DNA from: Raillietiella orientalis
Lineage: Eukaryota
Length of the DNA: 64,000 nt
Assembly: GCA_036172245.1 (NCBI GenBank)
Contig: JAYWIR010000007.1
Location: forward strand, 2,728,001 to 2,792,000
Direction of reading: 5' to 3'
Positions 38,083 to 50,580 of the stretch are shown one piece after another (the first letter of the stretch is position 1; each line of letters starts with the position of its first letter). A program made the translations under genes and the position numbers. Below the pieces are notes generated by a model, which made no database searches, was not told where the DNA came from, and was given only the letters and a program-made list of their open reading frames with translations.

Positions 38083-39399
38083 TTTGCAGGAACGGATGAA
38101 CAAAAGAAACCGCCGTGATCATACAGGTGCTCACTTTGCGGCAGGGCACGCTTGCTGTCCCAAGACACCCCAGAAACACAGATGCCTCAGCAGCGCAGCC
38201 GAAGAACACGTGGAGGTCGCGTCTGTCCGGGTGTGAGCGCGCAACTGCAAGCGATGCAGAAAAGCCTCATTCGAGGTGTGACCTACCAGCCGTAACACTG
38301 CCAACGCGCGTTGCCTACCATTAAGGGGTAGTGCAGGGACTCAAGTGAGATTGGAGTACCTGAAGACCTGTTGCGAGCTAATCCGCAGTAAACCTAACAC
38401 AAGAGGAACATCGTATCTATCTAAATTTGCCTAATGTGTCGCTCAGATGGGATCAGGAAGTCGGAAAACCGACGTTGCGTCCAACCGGAAACGCATGTTG
38501 CCTGAAAATCGGCACCTAATGCGTCTCCATTTTCCAGAAAAGCTGAGAACAAATCACGGGGCTCGTAATAGTCGCGCAGAGTCGTTTCCAGAAGAGCAGC
38601 AACTCAAGGGATGCAGAAGCCATCCGATCGAACCCTGCATGAGGAGCGCTCTGGGCCATTTCAGTACTCGTGCAGGGAATGGTCAACGTTAGGAAGTATT
38701 CAAGAGGTTTTTAACGTATTACAAGGAAGCTTTAGGATTCGTTGAAGGCAGAGAAGAGCATTTCTCAGTCAAGAATCCAAGTTCCGAAAAAAGGTTGAGG
38801 ATTGCGGATGAGAAGAACTGAGACATACTACCATTATCAGACCAAATACAAGCAAGCGATCACTCAAGAGATAAGTACATTCGTAGCAGAATGTGGAAGA
38901 ATTTAGCAGCTCACAAACCATAATAGCCGGAAGCACACCCAAGGAAGAAAGGCGCCCATGTATGCCTTTCGTATGCCACCAGTTCCCATCAAGACAACGT
39001 TTCCTAGTGAAATGCTGCTATGGTCCAGACTACGACAGCTCTGGGGTGGTATCCATGGAAATGAAAGCGCGATGAACATCTCTTTTCAGGCTCCACTAAT
39101 TTATGGCAATGGAGTCAATGTTCTGTAGAGTGAAGACAGATGTTTCTGTAACCACAGACAATAATTTTGGGAGCTGGGAACGTTTCAAGGACTCTGGCGG
39201 TCCAGCAGAATGTTGCAGCTGACACCTAGCGCCCGACTTTCAGAGAAGCCACCACTCGCATGGTCAGCCATGTCGAATTCAGTTCACAAATGAATTTCAC
39301 GCGACTGCCACAGCCTTTTCTTAAGCAGCACTGGATTGTTTCCATCATTTACTATTCCTGCCTACTCGCTTGGTGAATCAGAGAAGCTGATCTTGTATT

Positions 39400-40330
39400 T
39401 CTTCCGTTAGGATTCATGAATTCCAACCAATATGATGGGCAGCTCACATATTTGGGAGTTTGTCCAACTAGGAACAAGCAATACTTACTCCAGGGAAGGA
39501 AGAAGGGAATTCTACAGGGACTTAGGATCGACTGGACCACACTCAAAGGCTTAGGAGATGTTCTTACGGAACCCTTCTCCATATCCAAGGTCGCACTGGT
39601 ACATTTTCCATTGCCACCACCATCCGTGCCGAAGGCGGTTCCAGGCGAACTCATACCCAAACCCTTCCGCTTTCTCCGTCGCCAACTCCCTCTTGCTGGC
39701 CGGAACCCAGGGAACTGACATTTTCCGACGCCGGAACGCCGGGAGGAAGGAGCGACCCTGTCCCAGGGTTTAAATGCATCTCCAAATCCGCTCCACTTCG
39801 CAAGAGAGTCGTTCGAGAGTCTCCTAAGAGGATTACGACCCCTGTATTTGCCTCCGCATTACTACCGACAGCAACCACAGCACACCTTCCGTGGGATCCG
39901 ACGAGCGCCGTAAGCCGATGCTCAGCTTACCCCAGTTGCAGAGCCAGCTCCACCTACCAACACTGGCTCAATAGGGGTGCCCCTGCATCCCACCGACCGA
40001 ACTTCAGCGTTCGGGAAAAGTTCGGAAACCGAAGAAGGGTTGAGACTCACCGATTCGGAGTTTGAGAATAGGTTGAGCTCACTTGGACCCCAAGGGCGTA
40101 GCCATTCGCTTTACTGATGAGACTCCGTTTTCCTTCCTCTTGGACCAGAATTCAACTATATTAAGGGAAACTTAGGAGTGAAGAAGCCACTAGATGGTTC
40201 GATAAGTCTTTTCCCCCTCCATCAGCTGTTATGACGAATTTGTGCGTTGGGATCACTGAAACCTTTCGTTAGGATTTCTTCTGGTCTCTCCTCTTGGCTA
40301 GGCGTAGCGCATCATCTTTCGCTTGTTTTC
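39400..40330 (-). pseudogene. Heavily diverged 28S (LSU) rRNA pseudogene fragment
   Basis: Collinear antisense matches to conserved eukaryotic 28S blocks: cttaggatcgactg (39521), ggaacccttctcca (39568), gagtttgagaataggttgag (40058), cattcgctttac (40103), agggaaactt.ggag (40164), ctagatggttcgat.agtcttt (40190), atcatctttcg (40311). Many substitutions between the blocks; may extend weakly to ~39170. Confidence 0.85.
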
Positions 40331-40799
40331 TCAAATTTGCGAAGGATGACCTCTTCCTGCTCGAATGCATCATCGAATCATTTGTAGCCTTTCCAGGCGG
40401 CCATTTTTATCGTTGCACCTCTTAAGTCAGCCATCTTTCCTTGAGAACCTCAGGAGGGAGAGCGCACTTGCTGAGCGGTGCTTAAGGGTGGAGATGCAGA
40501 AAAGACATGCAGCAGGCAGACACTGCAAAGATAGTACCCCTGGGATCGTCTCTTCATGCCCATGGCATTTCATGTGAAAGTACCGTGAAGCGAAATCGGT
40601 AGAATGATGCAGAAGAAAAAAAATGTTCAAAGCTCGACTTGTTTCTTGGTTCCTCTGCCCGAGCTTTGAAGCACACACTTTTCTGGCGGGATGCCGCTTT
40701 TAACACTTATGCCCACAACGGGTGCTTGAACTGGGCTCACTCTTTTTCTTGTCTTCATGCTCTCAAATCATTCTCAAAAAGTGCCTGTCGCTCCTTACC

Positions 40800-41548
40800 T
40801 TGCCTCATCTAGGATGGATAAAGGGTACTAAACAGCTCGACAGCTCGATGCTTCCCCTGAAGTGGTGTTGCGGCTGATGCATCGGACCATCCCATGCAAT
40901 GCACTACGCCTCCACCACTGGACCAGGGTGAGTGTGGTCCCAGAGTGAAAGGGAAACCTTGCCGCACCTGCTTTTGGAATGTGTTGCCCTCCGGCTTATG
41001 TGGGGAATTTTGACCACGACCCTGAACTTCCCAGGAGACCACTCGAGGGTCTCATTGGGACGCATCTTCACGTGCGGAGGGATGTCGCCTGCCGCGACGA
41101 TCGCAGTTTCGTGCTGCGCCCGCGTAATCGTGGCGGCTAGAATCCCTGACAGCAGAGTCCAGAATAACTCAGAAGCCATTTGCTTCTCCTCCTTCGTTCC
41201 TAAGGATCGCAAAGAGACGACCGCAAGTGGGGCACATCCAGGAAGAACTTGCCGGCATCCTTGACAGGATGCAGAGGCTACCAGGGAACAATCTGTGATG
41301 CCTTCCTTTGATCCCCCCTCCCAAACATTCTAGTACTTCCTTTTGTTCAGCATTTATTTTTTGTTCATCTCCCTTCCCCCTAATTTCCCTGCGCGGGTCT
41401 CTTCCGGCATCTGCTCCAAGCAGCAGAGAGAACTCCTCCGGAACTTGCGGAAGTGGTGGCATCGTGCTGCCACTACGGAACTTGCGGGCGATTTATTGGC
41501 GAAATTTCTACTTTTCGGAAGAAACGCCCCGGCGTGACCGAGTGAAAA
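40800..41548 (+). mobile_element. L1/Tx1-like 3' fragment (zf-RVT-like region, UTR, terminal stem-loop)
   Basis: LMHRTIPCNALRLHHW / ERETLPHLLLECVALRLMW; ends AAGAAACGCCCCGGCGTGACCGAGTGAAAA (41519-41548). 5' limit uncertain. Confidence 0.75.
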
Positions 41549-41737
41549 CGCAGAATACTGGAAATCGCTCGACGTCAGCGGCAGAGAATTCACGATCTCC
41601 CGTGGAGGGCTCAGTAATCTAGAATGATTTCCGTCGAAGAACTCGCTGTTCCCGGCATGCTCACTGACCTCCGCCAAAGCCTCATAAACTCTTCGTGAGA
41701 TCTCAGTGATGAAAAAAAAAAAAAATATTTTGTACTC

Positions 41738-41792
41738 CTCTCTCTCTCTTTCTCTCTCTCTCTCTTTCTCTCTCTCTCTTTCTCTCTCTCTC
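41738..41792. repeat. Interrupted (CT)n microsatellite
   Basis: Direct reading. Confidence 0.95.
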
Positions 41793-42812
41793 TTTTTTTT
41801 TGTTTTCGATTGCTCAAATCTCCTCGCCTCAACTGTTGAACTCGCTCAAACCACCTTGGTCTTGCCTCTGGGGATGCGGTTCCAGCGAGACTCCTTTCAA
41901 GAATGGGATTCCCTGTCCCAGAAGGAATCGATCGTACACGTGTTTTACATTTACGGTTGCAATGAAACGAGCCTCCAAAGACCATGCATCTCTACGCTCT
42001 TTCTCGGCCTGGCCGTTGCTGATTTTTGTGAGAGAGATCTTGGTGATCCCTGGCAACCACATGCGTGGAGCGATTGATGATTCAACCACAAAGACGCCAC
42101 CATTGGCTCAACAATCGTGCTGCATGGGCGGGACAACTTCTTCAGAGTCCGAGTCATTGCGGATGTCGGCAGCCTGGACGCACAAAGATGGTGCCAGCCT
42201 CCGGCCTCTGACTCCAGGGTCTCGTGAGGAGTGGCATTTGAAGATAAGCTGGCGATCCTGAAAAGCCCTGGCGTCAGTCCACGCACCTTTGACCGTTCAA
42301 GTGCAGAGGACCCTCGTTCAGGATCAAGATGGCAAGATCAGCAGCCCTTTGTCTTCTGCTTGATCTTCCACGCTCGTTCGAGGACTCAGATGCCTATAAA
42401 GACTTCTGTCGAGATGGATAAGGACAAGCCGAAGCTTTCCTTCTTTCCTCTAAACCTTGCTCCTGCTGTAACTCACCACAGTGCAAGACACACTGCTCAT
42501 CCCCACAACCTCCAGATTTCTATTCCCGAGATGTGACTACAAATATTGTATGAAATTTTAGCATAATATAAATACGTTGGATTGTGCATTTGTAGATGAT
42601 TGCAGCACTCCTTGGATTTTATGCTGCATTTGTAATGATGTCTTAGAAGGAGAAATATGAATGCTATAAATGTACAGGACATCACTAAAGATGGAATATT
42701 TCGCTACAGGCAGAAGCCAGGGGAAAAAGAAAAACGCTATAAAAGGGTATTTCAGAAGATCCTTGAAAATGAATTGACCTGGAAGCAGTAATTGTGAATT
42801 GGTTTTTCACAT

Positions 42813-43200
42813 GTGCATGCACCCCTTGGTACGGAATCAGCCAGGAGCGCAGCCAGCATTGGACTTGTTCTGCCAGTCTGTTCGAATTTCGGTCGACAAA
42901 ATGGTGCTGAAAGGCGGGTACAGACTAATGAGGGAGTAAGTTTTCACCGTCTTCTCTTCGGTTCTTTTCTCTTCCTGGCAATGTCTCCCGTGATTTTCGA
43001 ATGCTCTTCCATTGTGGGCGGCGACCTACGCGGCGCTTCCTGCACACATCCTGGGACCATCGTATGTTCGAGTGCCCTATTTGTTTTCTGCGTGCTCCGC
43101 CCGTTTTTACGAGCCCACGCCTCTAAAGAGACTAGCAGTACTGAGAGGTCCGACCTTGCCCGGTTGTCTTCCATCTAGCCAACCACTTCAGCCTCCTAAA
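42813..43200 (-). mobile_element. Decayed non-LTR RT N-terminal fragment
   Basis: SKITGDIARKRKEP...LTPSLV...PKFEQ (cf. K.A.I..I.K.KDP..NYRPISL...KLFE). Confidence 0.35.
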
Positions 43201-43799
43201 GAGCTGCTACTTAATCCCTGAATTGCGGGAGGATCATTGGCAGGCGATGCAGCCAGATTGCTGTGGGTTTGCTTAAAAAAGGGAAGACGAGGCTGAGTTT
43301 CGCTCTCTCCTGGTTTTGGCGATTTACTGCTTCGTCGCGATTCCGTTACCACTCTTCTCGGACTCCTGCGCCTGCTTTCGCGATGCTCGCAACTGCTTGC
43401 GTCGCTCTAGATGAAAGTCGGCGGTTCCCTCGGGACGCTGACTGATGCTGCGCTCCCGCATCGGAATCGTCTGAGCACCCGCTTGGACCAGGCAACCGGC
43501 TCCCAGGCTTTCCGAGGATTTAAAGAACCCTGACGGGTGCTCGCCATGCTCCTCGAAGCCCTGCCAGCCAGCCTTCTGCTCAAGGAAGGCGCTCAGGCTC
43601 TGTGCATCGCAGTCGAAGCGTCATTAACTTGTCCACGCTCCTCGAGTGTTCTTCCGCCTCGCCGATTTGCTTTGGTTGCACCCCGGGCCTCTTTTCCGAA
43701 ATATCGCTGTCCAGCTGGCTTCAGCAGCACATCTTTGAAGCTGGAGTGGAGCCATCTATCTCCCTCTCGGCTCTGCGTTTCGTGTCTTTAATTGTCACC

Positions 43800-46082
43800 T
43801 CGGGGAAGAAAAACAACAGCGAATTCTCAGTGTGAGTTCTCCGCGGAGGCACCTACCGTGATCCACCTGGAACCACTCCTATTTCGAGTTCACGATCCAA
43901 CCAGAAAATTCACTTCCAGTGTTCCCAGATTGCATCGAAGCACTCCTCCAAACAAAAGCCTCTTGATCCCTCCGACGGGTTCTTCGAAAAGACGCAAGTT
44001 GCTCGGAAAGTTTGGTTGTCCCACGAAACATCCGTTTCGTTCCCTGCTGACGACACTAGTCCCTTCGCGGGGGGACGGAGAGACGAAGGAACGGAGGACG
44101 AATAGAGAATCTTGCGCGTTGCAAGGGAGGCTTGATGGCACACGTGACATTTCCGGAGTAATCAACACTTGATGCAAAAACGGGAAAACATGGGGAGTGA
44201 TTCGAGACGTCCCTTTTCGAATTCACGCAAACGGCAATGCCGATGTTCAATGTGTCCAAATGGAAACATTGAACCCCTCGAGGGAGACCCTCCATCTCGT
44301 ATCATGGAGCTGGTTGACACCTCTCCAGAGTGTCAGTTAGCGCTCTCTTCCTTCAGGGAGAGACCCTCCAGAGAAATTGGGATGCGTTTCTTCGTGGTTC
44401 TCTTCAGGGGAAGAAACAGGAAGCGGCTCCCTTGCGGGTTACCTTTGAAGAGGAAATTCCAGGAGCGTTTCTTTTCCGGGTTCCCTCCGGAGGAGAAGAT
44501 GAGAAGAAGGACCCTATAGGGGTCCCTTCGGAGAGAATAAGGAAGAGGTTCCCTTCGGAGAGTAAAAGGAGAGGACTCCTTCCAGAATTCATAGGGTGAT
44601 CCCTTCCCCTAACCTGAAGAGTCGTACGCGCCCGCGGGTGGTGTGGAACCGTGTCAAGAGCTGCGTAAGCCTCCAGGAGCGCGAAGGTTCTTGAGGTACC
44701 TGGAGAACAGGAGTGCCTGGTTTCAGGAAGCCGCTCGCACATGGGCAAGACACAACGATTGGAGTCTGGAGTTACGGCAGATTGTTGCATCCCTTCTGCA
44801 ACAGCCGCTCGCTCCAGGGGATCGCCGTGCATCCAACCAAGGGCGGGCGGGCAGAAATAAACTCCACTTGCTGTCAGATTGCCCTCCCTGAGGTAGCACA
44901 TTGGCAGCAACCTCCCGGAATGTGAGAGGTTTCCTGTGAGATCCACTCCAGGAGGAAGAGTTTAGATGGTTGGACAACAGGGAAGCTCGCAGAGATGCTG
45001 CGACCGCAAGTGCCTTACCGAAAGGACTTTTGCTCTCAGATGAGCCGTCCGGAATTAGATCTGAAGACGTCGAGTGGGCCCTGCTGCTGCGGAACACCCA
45101 CTCCCTCCCTCTCAAGTGGCAGGAGTCGGCGATCCTACTGTTGCACTGGGACCTCCCGTACAATGCCCACAGACACCACTGGAGCCGAGAGGGTGTCTGT
45201 GGACTCAAACTGTAGAAGATGCGGAGAATGCCCCCTGCACCTGCTTGTGGATTGTGTTGCCCTCCGACTCCTGTGAGAACGTTTTGCCGCGACCCTGCGG
45301 ACCTCCAACGGCAACCCCAGAGACCTTATCAAGAGCCTCTTTGTGCGAGACTCTCTGACGCCAGCCGCGTCCCTGGCAGCTGCTTGCTGCCTACGCAGGA
45401 TTTTGGCTACCTGGAGAACCGCCGGAGGAGGCCAGGGAAACAGCGGCGCCATCCACTTTGCAGTCCGTTTCCTGAGGATTGCAACGGAATGGCCCTGTCT
45501 GGAAGACACGTGGAAGCAAGGATGCAGAGGACACCCTCCAACAGGCAGTGATCCCTTTCTGATCCCTCCAGAGACCATTGATATTTATTTTTTACTCGCT
45601 TCCACTTTGTTTTTCTTTTCTTTTCCCCGCGTCCCCTCTGCCTCCGCACAGGCGAACCTCGCTGGTCTTCGTACCGTCCTCTCGGCAGGTTCCGTCTGAG
45701 ATGAACGCGGCCGGATCGAGTGTCCTGCCGCCGCTTCCATACGTTCATTCCTGGTGATACACTCTCCGGAGCACCCGGGAGGAAATCCACTCCAGACTTG
45801 CAACATCCAGTGTACTGGTATTTGAACTTTGCCGATTATTGCCTCACGTGGGCACGTCATCATCTCTGCTCGGCCAGCATCCACTACGGAACGCTCAGGT
45901 GCTTCGTCAAAGGGATGCGCGATCCGGGTTCCTGCGCGCGCGCGGATTTCACGTGGGAGCTCCTGGTAAACGGCTGCCTTGGCAATTCTTCTTCCCCTGC
46001 TAGCTGTTCGGATCCAGCAACTCCTCACAGCAGCCGCCTTCGCACTCCGATTCCAAGGAGGAAAAACAACTTCATCAAGTAG
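43800..46082 (+). mobile_element. Older L1/Tx1-like ORF2 (RT core onward), host of the nested insertion 44952-45784
   Basis: IHLEPLLFRV (cf. L.IEPLL.RI), SVSFPADDTSPF (cf. FADDT), ISGVIN (cf. SG..IN). The frame reads through the TSD once the insert is removed (RFPVRSTPDLQHPVYWY...). Confidence 0.7.
44952..45784 (+). mobile_element. 5'-truncated L1/Tx1-like insertion with 11-bp TSD
   Basis: LPLKWQESAILLLHWDLPYNAHRHHW..NCRRCGECPLHLLVDC; terminal CTCTCCGGAGCACCCGGGAG; TSD ATCCACTCCAG at 44941-44951 and 45785-45795. Confidence 0.9.
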
Positions 46083-46149
46083 GAAACACAATACGCCGAC
46101 GCATTTCTGCGGAAGGCGAATGGCTTGCCCTCTACCAAGCGATGCGTCT

Positions 46150-46450
46150 TTATCATGATAAAGGCAGTTAAGCGCTAGCAGGGGTCAAACTTAGTAATAA
46201 TCGGCGAGGAAGACGCTAATCATGGGTCGTGGGAAAGCGATTGAGAGTAAATACCGAACGCAAACAGCTATGATCGGCTCCATGTAGCTATTTGTAATCC
46301 GGCCATTCAACCAACAATCCGACCAAATATTGGCAAATGGAAGCTGCAATGATGCCTGCTACACATCTCTGTCCCCAGCGTTCGCTGCTGGACTGCTGTA
46401 GCAATCCGCTTGTTGACTCCCGATAATGTAAGTCCACAGAGCTTGGAGAA
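46150..46450 (+). mobile_element. APE endonuclease remnant of I/Jockey/R1-type LINE
   Basis: NLVIIGEEDANHGSWES resembles IIIGDFNAHH..WGS. Confidence 0.4.
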
Positions 46451-47363
46451 GGATGATGTGCTGAAGATTGTTGTAAATGTATGCGTTCCGGGAGGAAAGG
46501 GAAACATTTCCTCACATGTAAATATTTGCGGTGTCAGCTTTTATGCATACCTGCTCTCTCCTTCCGAGGAAGTCAGGAGACGCGATGACGACTGTGTTGA
46601 ATGGGCGTCAAAGGTGACCGGAAAAACAGCATTCTGTCACGAAAGAAAATCAAGAAATGGGGCTCTCACCCATCATGAATCGGCTTGAGCTGCATGTATT
46701 TGCCATTTAGGATCACAGAATTCGAATTCCTTGGCGATTGATAATTCCATTAGGGGGGACTCCATCTGACTCACGATCATCGAATGTATTTCAGCTGACC
46801 TGCGTTGGAGAAATGAAATCGTTTCTCATTCCCCCCCCCCCCTCTTTTTTTCTCTCCCCCCCTACAATAGTGGGCTTGCTGATGTTGCATAAGTCCAAAA
46901 AATTCCACGAAGATACCAAAAACTTAGCACTGTGAGACCAGCGTGTTTTATAGACCGTTTCCGGTTCATCTTAGAGTTCTCGGGGCTTAAGGGATACTGA
47001 GAATTCTTTCCGTTGGTCACGAAATCCGAAGAAAAACTTCCCGAAAATCTTCCTGGCTTCGAACTCGGCAACTCGATTCCTGATTCGGCGGTCCACGTAC
47101 GAAAATTGGCAACTTGATAGCAGTCGCATTATTCATCCCGAGTACGGGGAAACTTCAGCAAGAGAAAATTTCATTCATTTTATCAGCTTCTTTTCTCTTC
47201 TTTCTTTCTTTCTTTCTTTTTTTTTTGCTAGCAACCTCCGGACAGAATTTCTCAAGATTGTTTCCTACGTACACGACTTGTTTCCCCATTTTACTATCTG
47301 ATGGTATTCCTTTTGACAAGTGTTTCTCCGACATTCTTCTTGGGTAATCGAACTAATTAGGCA

Positions 47364-47543
47364 TTACTTTGGTCTGAGATGAAGATCCTCCGTCACTGCC
47401 ATAAAATCCCACGACTTTTGCACTTTGAGAATCGAGTTGCGAAGCTTTCCTGTGTGAACCACATTCTGTCCTTCCTTTTTGTCTGCATTGCTTTCAAAAG
47501 CCAGCAACAACGTGATCAGTAGATGCCAGTATGATTTTCGCAT
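47364..47543 (-). CDS. Possible small secreted-protein ORF or first exon (59 aa)
   Basis: MRKSYWHLLITLLLAFESNA-DKKEG...LRPK*: basic n-region, hydrophobic h-region, SNA cleavage-like site; a GTAATG donor-like motif overlaps the stop. No recognisable homology. Confidence 0.25.
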   Translation of the reverse strand: MRKSYWHLLITLLLAFESNADKKEGQNVVHTGKLRNSILKVQKSWDFMAVTEDLHLRPK

Positions 47544-48567
47544 CTCAATACTATTATCAGCGGTAATAGCTGTTGATACTATGAAACGGCATGGTATATA
47601 AAGAGTGCCAAATGATCCGGCGATGCAAAGAGTGTACTTCCGATATTGGTAACACGACTAACCAAGTCGATTACTGCAAATGAAATCAAAATTCAAGCAT
47701 CCTGTTTACAATAAACGAAGCATTTTTTCTTCTTTTTTTTTTTTTAAGAAAAAGGAAACACTGATTTACCGTCTCCCAACGAAAGGGCAAAAGTTGAGAA
47801 TTTCCATGCAATTTTTAAAAGAAGTAGATGAAGTATGAGAACACTAACATTTTTATGATGGTCGCCATGCTTTCCGCTTGAAATCAATTGCTTGCTTTTA
47901 TAATGCATATGTATTTATTGCTGCTTTTATATTTGCGGTTGTGTTCCGCTTCTACTTAACCTTTTTTTTTTTTTTTTCCTTCAAAGAGTAAAAAAAGGAC
48001 TCGTTCTGAGCTCTCCCCGACAGTCCAGCTACTTACCAGGAAATCCGCGAGAGGTAGACACAATGCAGGAAACAAATGAGCTGCTTTTTTCTGTTGTTCT
48101 AAGTGATCCAGTAATCAGAAATTCTTGAGGTACGGAAGATTTCTTCCAGGAAGCCTTTCTCCACATTTGTTCTTTGTGATAGGACAGCACACTTTCCCTA
48201 ACGTTCAATTGCTTTTCAAAAGCATTGGAAATGCTCCATAAAGACGAGAGGACATTGCCTTTTTTTGTTGTTGTTGCTTATCTTCATTTACTATGCTTGA
48301 GTATCTTCTTTCTATCAGAAAGAAGAATAGCTTTCCATCCTTCAATGACTCACTGTTGAGAACGTATCCTTTCTCAAAGTTTTTCTAATTCAAACGAATG
48401 GTTTATTAGGCTTGTTTATTAACAGCTCCGGAAAATGCAACTTCAACTCTTAACTGAGTGGTCACATTCTCTCTCGACAGGAAAAAACTGCCATGATTTG
48501 CGATTCTGTTAAGATGCTAGGGCTCCTCGCGTTTCGGGGCTCTATCTGGAATGATTCCTCCAGATCG

Positions 48568-50141
48568 ATGGACCTTTGCATTGCATCTGTTTGCAATGCA
48601 AAGGAAAATGTGCAAAAGAACGTATTTCACACAAAGACTCCTCAAAGATCTTCAGCAAAGGAAAATCGAAAGCAGCAAAGAACAAATCGAGAGACTTCAA
48701 AAACAGAAAGCAAAAAAGAGAGAGAGAGAACTATTAACAAAGTTTCATTATAAACAAAGTTTGATTATCTCGGCTTCGACAATTTTCAGCTAATAGTATT
48801 GCAAGGAGGGTTTGCAAGCCTTAGTTCTGATTATTAATAGCCATGTAACCCTGAGGCTGAAGTGGGCATGGTCTGCTTGGGATCAGAGCATTTTCGAAGC
48901 TACGAAAAATGGACCAACTTTTAGTACGTTGCCGAGTATTGGCAAGTAGCAGACAGCCATGTTGTGACTCCATTGCCGTGTGTTTCACAAACAGCGCCAA
49001 AGAGTCGAATAAAGCAAAGCTGAGAACGAGAACTCGGAAGTCTCATCAGAAAGGGAGCAATCGAGGTCGAGTAATAATCTCACTATCAATCATCCATCCA
49101 GCACCGATGCAGTCACTCGGAGCCGCAAAAAGATGATCGTGATCAGGGGGTTAATACTTTGGCAAGAACAATAAAATTCAAAAAAAGAAGCAAATCGCTC
49201 ATCTTGGAAAATGCACCCGAAATCGCATCAAGATGAGATTCGAAGAAAGGAAAAAAAACCCCGTAGCTAAGGGAACGAACGAAAATCTGGCTTGTCTATT
49301 CACCAATCGTTTGACAGCCTTCCAAGTTCTCCATCCTTCAAGTATTCGAGGAATTTTCCATGGAACCAAAGACATCACCCTGCACACGTTTTTTGAAAAT
49401 GCATGTGTTTCTAAATGCATCATATGGTTTCAGCATGCCAAAGGCGATTAGAAGCTCCATATATATGTATGAATTAAGTGTTGAGTTTACATATGTGATG
49501 CATTTATAGAGCGACACGGACACGCGAATGTATACAAGAGATACATGGAATTCGGGGAACCCAAAGTATATGAAATATTTGAAAAACAGTCGATGCTCGT
49601 TAAGGAATTGATTTTAGATGAAGATCTATTCAATACCTACGACTCAAAGGCAACAAATAAATTCCATACTTTGACCACACCGCACGTAACACTTTACATA
49701 AGTTTTCTTCAATGCATCCGGCATGCGGTCTTATTTAAGGAATAAAATACCATGAAAGCTTTTTACGTCCATTCCAGACGACTCTACTGAAGTGCGTTTA
49801 ACTCAGCAAAACGCATTTCTGCTTCTTGCTACTTTCCTTGGAAACTGCCACCTTAGCGAAAAGAGCACTTCGAAATTTGGCTTCCAACCCGCACTGATGC
49901 CGAACGTCCTAAGGTCCCATTTTGAAAAATGCTCGGGCGCAGCATGCTGCTGGAAAGTGTGATCTGTTCCATGGACCCGACTGGAACACAAATGAAGAAA
50001 GCCCCAAAAGGAATTGAAATCTGCTCCTGTCATGCAGTAACAACAAACTGGCTCCTGCAGACTCGAGGCATTCAAAAAAGTGCTCCAGATACGTATGAAT
50101 CTTTGAACCACATCAAAGGGAAAGGGAAAGGCGTTTCATAA
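48568..50141 (+). mobile_element. Decayed THAP/P-element (THAP9/Galileo-like) transposase
   Basis: Collinear remnants: MDLCIASVCNAK..VFH (THAP-like start), coiled coil (LQQRKIESSKEQIERLQKQK), TLPSI, LILDEDLFNTYDSK (cf. L.FDEM.I...L.YD.K), ESVICSMDPT (cf. V..VSDMGPT). No TIRs identified. Confidence 0.5.
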
Positions 50142-50580
50142 TACCGATGTGCACAAGGAGGAGGGGGGAAAGAAAAAAAAAAAAAAAACACATCGCCTTT
50201 TTTTTTCTGAGAAGAGTCAGCAGGAGAGAATAAGAGCAATTGGAGGTCCAAATTTATCAGATTCTTGAAATCAAATATGCATATTTAAAAGACAGTTTCA
50301 AAGCAGTTTCAAAATGCGCCACAGTGGAGTTGATTTTCGTCTGAAATCAGAAGGATTGCTTAGGAGACATCTGAAATTTAGGAAGCTGTAGCGGCAGCCG
50401 GCCAGAAGATCCGTAAAATCAATCCGGAATTTTTTTTCCAAATACCAGCCACCAGTAATAAGTAATAAAATGCAAAGGCTGCTAGAAGCAGATGCACACA
50501 CACACACGGTGCAAGGGAGAAAGATATACATGTTTTTGAATTCAAATGGGCAAGCTACCGACACTACAGGTTTGGGCAGA

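Noticed and set aside
37690..39170. Leftward extension of the 28S pseudogene
   Set aside because: Only scattered short matches; cannot be supported by eye, and part of it reads as a LINE linker.
41700..41800. ERSTKYFF on the minus strand as a LINE linker motif
   Set aside because: Produced largely by the (CT)n and poly(A) tracts; likely coincidental.
43070..43240. Possible 18S rRNA 3' end (tgccct...ccgcccgt...tgcgggaggatcatt)
   Set aside because: The invariant GTCGTAACAAGG block is missing, spacing is too short, and the minus strand is better explained as an RT remnant.
47040..47130. tRNA or tRNA-derived SINE (GAGTTCGAAGCC B-box-like on the minus strand)
   Set aside because: No convincing A-box or cloverleaf.
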